This document shows positions 1 to 8,786 of a stretch of DNA of 11,472 bases, piece by piece. Origin of the DNA: Octopus sinensis (lineage: Eukaryota); the NCBI RefSeq assembly GCF_006345805.1, contig NW_021826959.1:1-11472 (forward strand). The letters are read 5' to 3'. Below the pieces are notes generated by a model, which ran no database searches, was not told the origin of the DNA, and saw nothing but the letters and a program-made list of their open reading frames with translations. Position 1 is the stretch's first letter; every line of letters starts with the position of its first letter. A program made the position numbers and the translations under genes.

Positions 1-299
1 TCTGCTGGATGCGTTGTGTTCATATGGTATGTACAGTTGTTTATATATTTATATTTCCCGGTTATATATTAATATTTCCCACTGATGTGTGGAAAACATG
101 GTAATGTACGGTGACCCCGAAATCATTGATAGTATACGACTAAACATTTTTTTATTGAAGGAATTTCTCCAAGTTTTCATTCCTTCAATGTCGACGCGTG
201 TGTATATTTATTAAAGTAGTTTGACTTTAGAGTCCCATTAAAGCGTGTGGCTTTTATGGGCAGTCACAACCCTTGATACTATATTATAGCATATATATA

Positions 300-739
300 T
301 ATAACCCACACCCCACCCTTGTTTTCCCCACTCTCGCCTCCCCCACGTCTCAACACCATCACACCACACCACTACACTTTACTCCACCATACCACACAAC
401 ACATCACATCACAACACACCACCACGCGCACATCAGCACTGACCACTTCCCAGATCCAATTTTCACACCTACACATATACACACGCACACGTTAAGATCA
501 CCAGCCCTCTTCCTCATGCACATACAAACTCTCTTATACACACGCACAAGCACCTTCGTTTTGGGATCACCTCTATTTTATTATCTCCCCTTCTCCCTAG
601 CTCTCCTGTGTGACCCTTCTATCGGCATTCGTCATGATAGATCGCTAGCCACTACACATTCTTTATTTGCTCTCCTTGTTTCTTTCTGTGTTCCTTTCGA
701 GCGTAGGCTCGAAACGTTAAAGACTTTTCCACTTCCCGA
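300..739 (+). mobile_element. Probable Penelope-like element (PLE) 3' UTR/pseudo-LTR remnant with a degenerate hammerhead
   Basis: A C/A-rich then pyrimidine-rich tract ends in CTTT-C-GAGC-GTAG-GCTC-GAAACGT-T-AAAG (694-722). This is the stem I, stem II and GAAAC-GUH layout of minimal type I hammerheads in PLE terminal repeats. The left boundary is uncertain. Confidence 0.45.
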
Positions 740-895
740 TTCTGGGAAGGGGGTATTTTCAAGTTAAAGGAAAGATGGAGACGCATTGTGCAACCAAGTG
801 GTTCACATTTGGTTGATTAAAAATTTAATGGCAAATATTTATTGACCTTTATCCTTCCTTTAAAAATCGGAACGAACTTTCCGGACAACCCAATA
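740..895 (+). mobile_element. Mariner (Tc1/mariner) 3' remnant: transposase C-terminus, right TIR and TA
   Basis: 740-820 translates FWEGGIFKLKERWRRIVQPSGSHLVD*, matching the mariner C-terminal motif F(W/F)xxGIxKLxERWxxxV. 862-893 is the reverse complement of TTGGGTTGTCCGGAAAGTTCGTTCCGATTTTT, a mariner-type TIR, followed by TA at 894-895. No left TIR was found in the window. Confidence 0.85.
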
Positions 896-1260
896 ATTTC
901 TCGTTGCATATCGTTGTGATTTAATATACTACACTCAAGGGAACTATGCAAAGCAGATATACGATTTAAACATACCGTCAGTCCTTGTCTGCGCCACATA
1001 CATGTCAGCAGAGCGGATGGAAAGGAAAAACAATGTATTTTATCCATCTTTATATGACAATTGAAGTGTAGAGTGAGGAGATTTTCCAGGTCTTCTTCAC
1101 TCCTTTACTATCTCCGCTGCTATCTTTTCCCTGGAGCTTTGCTTTCATCTGCTGAAGGATATTTTTAGCTTTACTGAATAGGAAAGGTACGCTTCTTCAA
1201 ACATTTGTGGGATTTTTTCTCTTATGATATGAATGCTCGATCAGATGGAAACTGTAGCTA

Positions 1261-1325
1261 AACAATAACAGTATTTATAACAATAACAGTAACAACAATA
1301 ACGGCACCAACATCAACATCACAAC
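1261..1325. repeat. Degenerate (AAC/AAT)n microsatellite
   Basis: Run of aacaataaca/aacaacaata/aacatc units directly upstream of the SINE head array. Confidence 0.7.
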
Positions 1326-1332
1326 AGAAACT

Positions 1333-2261
1333 GGCGAGCTGGCAGAATCGTCAGCACACCGGGTGAAATGCTTAGCGGTATTTCGTCTGCCGGAAAGGCG
1401 GCGAGCTGGCAGAAACGTCAGCACACCGGGTGAAATGCTTAGCGGTATTTCGTCTGCCGGAAAGGCGAGCTGGCAGAAACGTCAAAGCACAACGGGTGAA
1501 TGCTTAGCGGTATTTCGTCTGCCGAAAGGCGGCGAGCTGCAGAATCGTCAGCACGTCGGGCGAAATGCTTAGCGTATTTCGTCTGCCGAAAGGCGGCGAG
1601 CTGGCAGAAACGTCAGCACACCGGGTGAAATGCTTAGCGGTATTTCGTCTGCCGGAAAGGCGGCGAGCTGGCAGAATCGTCAGCACGTCGGGCGAAATGC
1701 TTAGCGGTATTTCGTCTGCCGGAAAGGCGGCGAGCTGGCAGAATCGTCAGCACGTCGGGCGAAATGCTTAGCGGTATTTCGTCTGCCGGAAAGGCGGCGA
1801 GCTGGCAGAATCGTCAGCACGTCGGGCGAAATGCTTAGCGGTATTTCGTCTGCCGGAAAGGCGGCGAGCTGGCAGAAACGTCAGCACACCGGGTGAAATG
1901 CTTAGCGGTATTTCGTCTGCCGGAAAGGCGGCGAGCTGGCAGAATCGTCAGCACGTCGGGCGAAATGCTTAGCGGTATTTCGTCTGCCGGAAAGGCGGCG
2001 AGCTGGCAGAATCGTCAGCACGTCGGGCGAAATGCTTAGCGGTATTTCGTCTGCCGGAAAGGCGGCGAGCTGGCAGAATCGTCAGCACGTCGGGCGAAAT
2101 GCTTAGCGGTATTTCGTCTGCCGGAAAGGCGGCGAGCTGGCAGAAACGTCAGCACGTCGGGCGAAATGCTTAGCGGTATTTCGTCTGCCGGAAAGGCGGC
2201 GAGCTGGCAGAATCGTCAGCACGTCGGGCGAAATGCTTAGCGGTATTTCGTCTGGCGTTAC
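1333..2261 (+). repeat. Tandem array of 14 x 67-bp SINE 5' head units
   Basis: Unit GGCGGCGAGCTGGCAGAA(T/A)CGTCAGCAC(GT/AC)CGGG(C/T)GAAATGCTTAGCGGTATTTCGTCTGCCGGAAA. Units start at 1333, 1397, 1464, 1528, 1592, 1659, 1726, 1793, 1860, 1927, 1994, 2061, 2128 and 2195. The 14th unit runs into the SINE body. The same head occurs singly at 6080 and 9295. Confidence 0.97.
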
Positions 2262-2425
2262 GTTCTGAGTTCAAATCCCGCCGAGGTCGACTTTGCCTTT
2301 CATCCTTTCGGGGTCGATAAATTAAGTACCAGTTACGCACTGGGGTCGATGTAATCGACTTGGTACCTATGTCTGTCCTTGTTTGTCCCCTCTGTGTTTA
2401 GCCCCTTCTGGGTAATAAAGAAATA
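2195..2425 (+). mobile_element. Full-length tRNA-derived SINE with a Meta/MESC-like central domain
   Basis: A-box-like TGGCAGAATCG, B-box GAGTTCAAATCCC, central GCCTTTCATCCTTTCGGGGTCGATAAATTAAGTACCAG (recalled as similar to the MetaSINE/MESC domain), and a 3' end ...AATAAAGAAATA. Confidence 0.88.
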
Positions 2426-2792
2426 GGTATTTCGTCTGCCGCTACGTTCTGAGTTCAAATTCCGCCGAGGTCGATTTTGCCTTCCATCCTTTCGGGGTCG
2501 ATTAAATAAGTACCAGTTACGCACTGTGGTCGATATAATCGACTCAATCCGTTTTTCTGTCCTTGTTTGTCCTCTCTGTGTTTATCCCCTTGTGGGTAGT
2601 AAAGAAATAGGTATTTCGTCTGTCTTTACGTTCTGAGTTCAAATTCCGCCGAGCTCGACTTTACTTTCATTCTTTCGGAGTTGATAAATTAAGTACCAGT
2701 TACGCACTGGGGTCGATGTAATCGACTTAATTCCTTTGTCTGTCCTTGTTTGTCCCCTTTATGTTTAGCTCCTTGTGGGCAATAAAGAAATA
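2426..2792 (+). repeat. Two further tandem headless copies of the 184-bp SINE body
   Basis: GGTATTTCGTCTG...AAAGAAATA starts at 2242, 2426 and 2610, an exact 184-bp period. Copies 1 and 2 differ at about 20 of 184 positions by eye. Each copy keeps a B box. Confidence 0.95.
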
Positions 2793-3164
2793 AGAAACTA
2801 AACCGGTTAATCAATCAGAACTAATTCCCCAGCCTAGCTGATCACTTTCGGAAAGCTCTATGCGTTAAAACATACATTTCCTCTAATCTATTCCCCGAAC
2901 CTTTCAGTTATACTTAAAAAAGAAAAAAATTTGGACGCTAATTTCCACTAATATACTATGTAATAAAACTTTCGGTATTAGTCCTGCTTTTCATGGCACA
3001 CTGTGTCGAGAAAAAATAAGAAAAAAATCTACACTTACGAAAACCTATAATTGCGAACTAGAACGTGCATAATAGCCTACGATGCATAACATACACATAT
3101 AAATACAGATATATATTTATATATGTGTATATGAGTTTGCTTATACATACATACATACATTGTG

Positions 3165-3344
3165 CCCCCCTTCGGTCATGAACGACCATGGCGTTGCACG
3201 TAGAATGTTACCATCCGAGGCACAAGTCTGGGCAAGATTGTTTATGTAAGACCAGCAATTGCACAAGCATACCAGCCTTTCCTCTTCATGCTACCGATGT
3301 TGTCCAAAGGAAAGGCAAAAGCCGATACAGCTTGGCACCAGTGA
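3165..3344 (-). mobile_element. 3' portion of a second SINE family
   Basis: The minus strand reads TCACTGGTGCCAAGCTGTATCGGC...GGTCGTTCATGACCGAAGGGGGG and ends at a (TATG)n tract. It is unrelated to the 3' end of the family at 4796-5147. The SINE assignment rests on recall of octopus repeats. Confidence 0.55.
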
Positions 3345-3638
3345 AGTGCAAGTGACTGAACACTCCACAGACACGTGTACCCTTAACGTAGTTCTCGGGG
3401 AGATTCAGCGTGACACAGAGTGTGACAAAGCTGGCCCTTGGAAATACAGGTACAACAGAAACAGAAAGAGAGTGAGAAAGTTATGGTGAAAGAGTACAGC
3501 AAGGTTCAGGCCACCTGCCGGAGCCTCGTGAAGCTTTATGTGTTTTCGCTCAATAAATATTCACAATGCTCGGTCTGGGAATCTGGGAATCAAAACCGCG
3601 TGTCCGCTTTCCCTAACCACTGGGCCATTGCGCCTCCA
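3345..3638 (-). mobile_element. tRNA-derived SINE, 5' ~290 bp (same family as 4796-5147)
   Basis: The minus strand starts GGAGGCGCAATGGCCCAGTGGTTAGGG (A box TGGCCCAGTGG) and has a B-box-like GGTTTTGATTCCC. It aligns collinearly with 4797-5075. Confidence 0.9.
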
Positions 3639-3884
3639 TACATACATACAAACATACACACACACACACGCACACGCGCACACACACACACACACACATA
3701 CACACACACACACACATACACACACATATAATTAATGGTTTAGCAAAAAGTTGCTTCACTACATACCGAAAATTTACAAATAGCAGCCATACCGAAACTA
3801 CTTGGTAAAATGTATTTATCATTAAATTAATAATTCTTTACTCTATATCTGTAATGTGTATATATACATATATACACACACACA

Positions 3885-3931
<47 letters not shown>

Positions 3932-3980
3932 CATATATATACATATATATATATATACATACATACCTACATATAATATA
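3639..3980. repeat. Compound (ATAC)/(CA)/(TA) microsatellites at 3639-3730 and 3859-3980
   Basis: Directly visible di- and tetranucleotide runs. Confidence 0.95.
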
Positions 3981-4285
3981 TGGGTGTGTGTGAATGAGTG
4001 TGTAAATCATATAATTTCATGTATATGTATGCGTGTATATGTGCGCTCGCGCGCGTTTGTGTGTGAAATAAAGACATTGTGTGTGTTCTGTTTAGCAATA
4101 ATTGGTTTTAAAATAAGTTTCGTTTTTTCAGTTGAGCGTCCAAAAAACATGAAAAAAGTGGAAAAAATTTGTAAATGCTATTACATCGGATAATAGGGAA
4201 GGCCTAGTGTCCATTAATTTTTTTTTTACATACAAGCATATATAAATGTATAAATACATGTATGTTTGCATGTATGTATGTCAGC

Positions 4286-4387
<102 letters not shown>

Positions 4388-4795
4388 ATGTATGTATATA
4401 TATATATATACATACATACACATATACACACATTATATATGTATATGTATGTATGTATATATATTTATGTGTTATTGTAAGTATATGTGTGCCAAAATGA
4501 TTGAAAAATCAGCAACACTAAAAATTTGAATCAAAAACGTGAAAATAATCATGAAGCAAAGAAAGAATAATTTACAGTTCACCATTTTATATATATTGCA
4601 ATATGAAATATACGGTAACAAACTGTAAACTTGGGTTTTTTAATTTAGTTTTCACTCTTTATTTCTACGTCGTCGTAGATTTTGCGTAGATTTCGCAACC
4701 ACTGTTAAGTTTCACTCACAATGCTTCAAATACATTTTAATATCCTAATTATTTTTTATGCATATCACTATTTAATTATTATTATATTCTGTTGG

Positions 4796-5147
4796 GGGAG
4801 GCGCAATGGCCCAGTGGTTAGGGCAGCGGACTCGCGGTCGTTGTGAGTGTTTATTCAGCGAAAACACCTAAAGCTCCACGAGCCTCCGGCAGGGGATGGT
4901 GATGATCCCTGCTGTACTCTTTCACCACATCTTTCTCTCACTCTTACTTCCTGTTTCTGTTGTACCTGTTTTTCAAAGGGCCTGCCTTGTCACTCTCTGT
5001 GTCACGCTGAATATCCCCGAGAACTACGTTAAGGGTACGCGTGTCTGTGGAGTGCTCAGCCACACGTTAATTTCACGAGCAGGCTGTTCCGTTGATCAGA
5101 TCAACCGGAACCCTCGTCGTCGTAACCGACGGAGTGCTTCCCCCCCC
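4796..5147 (+). mobile_element. tRNA-derived SINE with a 13-bp TSD, lacking its B box
   Basis: A box TGGCCCAGTGG at 4807-4817. TATATTCTGTTGG is present at both 4783-4795 and 5148-5160. The sequence is homologous to 3345-3638 (minus). Confidence 0.92.
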
Positions 5148-5663
5148 TATATTCTGTTGGACCCCCATAGCCATTCGATGTTTAAAAACTAGTTTTATAG
5201 AAACTTCTTTCAAAATTCCTATTTTGTTTTTCACAAATTGTCGTGGGTAACTTGAACTATGTAAAATGTTAGAGGAAGAAACCTAGGTGTTTCTCGCAAT
5301 ACATACCAATACATACGTCTAAAGCAAAATTTTTTCAGGGACTCTTAAAATTCCATTTGAGAACTACTGCCCTGATATATATATATATATATATAGTCTT
5401 CTTGATAATTTTAGTAACTTCTATGCTGAAGCAGAAACAACCTATTCTTTGTCTATCTCCTTAACTTCTCAGAGATCTTAGGCATAATTATACTAATGTG
5501 TTCATCTGTTCTAATTTAATTAAATTCTATGTCTTTGTGCAACTGAAGATTGCTCTACATTTTAAATTGATGTAATGAAATGATTGCATTGTTCAATTAA
5601 ATGGAGTCGCATGAAATGATCGTACTGCATTAACTCTGGATATCCTTGTTACATATTTTGATT

Positions 5664-5694
<31 letters not shown>

Positions 5695-5779
5695 TATGTA
5701 TATATATATTATATTATAGCATTATATATATATTTATGTATGTATGTGTATATATGCATATGTATATTCATATGTATGC

Positions 5780-5945
5780 GGAGGGATGGCTGTGCGGTAA
5801 GTAGCTTGCTTCCCAATCACATATTTTCAGGTTCCCTCCCACGGCGTGGCACCTTGTGCAAGTGACTTCTATTATAGCCTCGGGTCGACCAAAGCCTTGT
5901 GAGTGGATTTGTTAGGCGGAGACTGAAAGAAGACTGTTGTATATA
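5780..5945 (+). mobile_element. 5' half of a CORE-like tRNA-derived SINE
   Basis: A-box-like TGGCTGTGCGG (5787-5797), decayed B box AGGTTCCCTCCC, and GGCACCTTGTGCAAGTGACTTCT resembling the CORE-SINE motif GTGACCTTGGGCAAGTCACTT. Confidence 0.75.
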
Positions 5946-6075
<130 letters not shown>

Positions 6076-6079
6076 AAAA

Positions 6080-6305
6080 GGCGGCGAGCTGGCAGAAACG
6101 GTAGCACGCCGGCGAAATGCTTTGTGGTATTCGTCTGTCGTTACGTTCTGAGTTCAAATTCCGCCTGGTCGACTTTGCCTTTCATCCTTCCGGGGTCGAT
6201 AAATCAAGTACCAGTTTCGCACTGGGGTCGATGTAATCGGCTTAATCCGTTTGTCTGTCCTTGTTTGTCCCTCTATGTTTAGCCCCTTGTGGTAATAGAG
6301 AAATA
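6080..6305 (+). mobile_element. Single full-length copy of the Meta/MESC-like SINE (one head, one body)
   Basis: Collinear with 2195-2425 along its length, and flanked on both sides by (TA)n. Confidence 0.92.
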
Positions 6306-6350
<45 letters not shown>

Positions 6351-6354
<4 letters not shown>

Positions 6355-6555
6355 GTGCCTGTGTTTGCCCTCCAGCATCGTTTGACAACTGATGTTGGTA
6401 TGTTTACGTCTCTGTAACCTAGCAGTTCGGCAGAAGAGACTGATAGGATAAGTAACAAGGCTTACAAAGAATAAGTCCTGGAGTCGATTTGTTCGACTAA
6501 ACGCGGTGCTCCAGCATGGCTGCAGTCAAATGACTAAACAAGTACAAGAATAAAA
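6351..6555 (+). mobile_element. Probable 3' half of the CORE-like SINE starting at 5780
   Basis: It starts with TG-rich sequence and contains GATAGGATAAGTAACAAG...CTGGAGTCGATTTGTTCGAC, which resembles the 3' module of the other SINE. It ends in an A-rich tail. The link to 5780-5945 is recalled, not provable from this window. Confidence 0.6.
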
Positions 6556-6566
6556 TAATCTGCATG

Positions 6567-6837
6567 TACATACATACATACATACATACATACATACATA
6601 CACATACATACATACATACATACATACATACATAACATACATACATACATACATACATACATACATACATACATACATACATACATACATACATACATAC
6701 ATACATACATACATACATACATACATACATACATACATACATACATACATACATACATACATACATACATACATACATACATACATACATACATACATAC
6801 ATACATACATACATACATACATACATACATACATACA
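6567..6837. repeat. (TACA)n microsatellite, about 67 units
   Basis: Near-perfect run with few interruptions. Confidence 0.98.
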
Positions 6838-6979
6838 GTTTGTTTTCAAAGCGTTGAAATGTATTGTAGAACACGTAGAAAGATAAATGTTATTCAACGC
6901 ATCAAACGTCCCACGTCTATTGTACAGTTTGTATAGGTGAAGAGGGTTAACCTGGATAGTTTTAAGCTGTCCAGTCTAC

Positions 6980-7852
6980 TACATACATGCATACACACAC
7001 AGACCACAACATATATATGTAATGCATGTATGTATGTATGTATATCTATCTATCTCTATATAATATATATACACACATATATATAATCTATATAATATAT
7101 ATATACCATTATACACACACACATATATATATATATAACCATATATATATACATAAATATATTATATATATATATATATTATATATATATATAATATATA
7201 TATATATAAAATATTTAATATATATATTGTGTGTGTGCATACCCGGGATAATGACACGCAGTTTCTAATATCTTAACTATAGAAATTCTGTAAACTTGAG
7301 ATCTTGTGCTAAATTCTATGATCAGATATTGGTTCCTTCAAAGACAGGCATATACACCCTCATGTGCTTACACACACACTCATGTATATATACACACGGG
7401 TACTCATGCACCCTTAAATAAATTGAAAATGAATGATTGAGAGAAATAGTGAATTTTTGATGAAGCTTTCAAAATTTTCAAATGTATTGAGCTGGTATGT
7501 TACATTGCCTTCAAATAACCTCATTAAAAGAAAATATCCTCAATTAGAATACATACATACATAGAAATATATTTATGTATACCAGCTTCTATGCATTGAA
7601 TATATATGTACATATATATTCCATACATGTACATATATATTCCATACATGCATACATACATAAATACACACACACATACACAACACACACGCACACACAC
7701 ACACACACACACATACACACATATATATCTATACATACATGCATACATAAATACATACCTAAATACATACATACATAATATGTACGCACCGCAACAACGC
7801 ATATGTATATATATATATATATATATAATATAATATATATATTATGTATGTG
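6980..7852. repeat. TA/CA-rich compound microsatellites at 6980-7230 and 7550-7852
   Basis: Directly visible. Includes a 21-bp tandem duplication TGTACATATATATTCCATACA at 7607-7627 and 7628-7648. Confidence 0.9.
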
Positions 7853-8274
7853 TATTATCACTTGAATATTTGAAGTGCTACATACATGTAAGAAACATCT
7901 AATATTTCCATGCAAATTACATTTCAAGTTGTGCACGGAATAAGAGAAGTTCTTGTATCAGCACTGACATTGCTTTCTATTCAACGACATGATGTTTATT
8001 TAATATAACACACGACGTCTGCCATTTGTTTGCTACACTACCTTAGATAAATATTTTACGCTAAATATAGTTCATCTACAGTTTCTTTCTCAGAACAACG
8101 AGTCAATTAATCGTTTACAGTAAAGTGGGCTCTATCATAGCTTATACAGTTAAACAAGACATGTAAATACATTACAACACGTTGGGAAGAGATAAGAATA
8201 TATTATTCGACAAATAATTAATTCTGGTCAAGAAAGATAGGGGAGACTATCCCAGAATTTAAATTAATTAAAAT

Positions 8275-8388
8275 GACTCAGAGTTGCATTGGGAATGTGT
8301 TACGTTAATATGTATATATCATGGCTTGAGTTATTATTCAGTGTTGGAAATTTAATTTATGAAAAAAAAAATTATAATAGACGAAGGT
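8275..8388 (+). repeat. Unclassified ~115-bp dispersed direct repeat, copy 1 (copy 2 at 9438-9554)
   Basis: Shared blocks GACTCAGAGTTGC, ATATATC(A/G)TGGCTTG(A/T)GTT and TGTTGGAAATTTAATTTATGAAAAAA..TTATAA(T/A)AGACGAAGGT. Confidence 0.85.
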
Positions 8389-8611
8389 ATGAAGGTATAA
8401 TTAATTATAGGGTATAAAGGTATAATTATTATAGAGCCTCCATTGATCGATGATGACCATGCATCTGAGTACGTATGTGTAGGCTTGGATACGACTTTTG
8501 TGAAAGACTAGGACTTGTCCGTATATACGTTTTTTTTTTCTCTTTACGCCACCTTTGTTTATCCGCAAGAAAGAGCACGAACGTAAGCCAATACAGCATG
8601 ACACCATTGTC

Positions 8612-8786
8612 GTTGCAAGCTGAACCAATACAACAAAGTATTTTGCTAAACCCTCTTAGCACTTCTGCCAATCCACCGCGGTTCTGAAAATAAAAATGCT
8701 AAGTCGATCTTGGGTCGAATTTAAATTCAGAGCGTAGTGAGTCGGAACAAATCCTTCTGGACTTTCTAATGAATAGTCTGACGAGT
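8612..8786 (-). mobile_element. Old, diverged SINE fragments of the same superfamily
   Basis: Minus strand CTACGCTCTGAATTTAAATTCGACCCAAGATCGACTTAGCATTT resembles TTACGTTCTGAGTTCAAATTCCGCCGAGGTCGACTTTGCCTTT. GGTGGATTGGCAGAAGTGCTAAG...CAAAATACTT resembles a further head. Confidence 0.5.

Noticed and set aside
273-767. 164-aa His/Thr-rich ORF
   Set aside because: It arises from C/A-rich low complexity and runs across the PLE-mariner junction.
817-1047. 76-aa minus-strand ORF
   Set aside because: It reads through the mariner TIR in antisense and has no recognisable protein.
1618-1627. Apparent compensatory change CACC-G-GGTG versus CGTC-G-GGCG between unit types
   Set aside because: Both type A changes are CpG transitions from CGCCGGGCG (seen in part at 6107), and the stem is only 3-4 bp. 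Mutation bias explains it.
1363-1771. ORFs 1363-1572, 1504-1686 and 1565-1771
   Set aside because: These are translations of the 67-bp repeat. The period is not a multiple of 3 and no domain is recognisable.
1333-2261. CRISPR array
   Set aside because: The repeats are contiguous with no unique spacers, there are no cas genes, the context is eukaryotic, and the unit is a SINE head.
1333-2261. tRNA gene cluster
   Set aside because: The units have an A-box-like motif but no T-arm/B box and no acceptor stem, so they are tRNA-derived only.
6852-6900. GCGTTGAA...TTCAACGC inverted repeat as a mini-MITE
   Set aside because: It is only 8 bp with no convincing TSD, which is expected by chance at this scale.
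8429-8683. Possible minus-strand exon after a strong-looking acceptor (CATTTTTATTTTCAG)
   Set aside because: The acceptor and the first ~70 nt align with diverged SINE sequence, and the peptide is unrecognisable.
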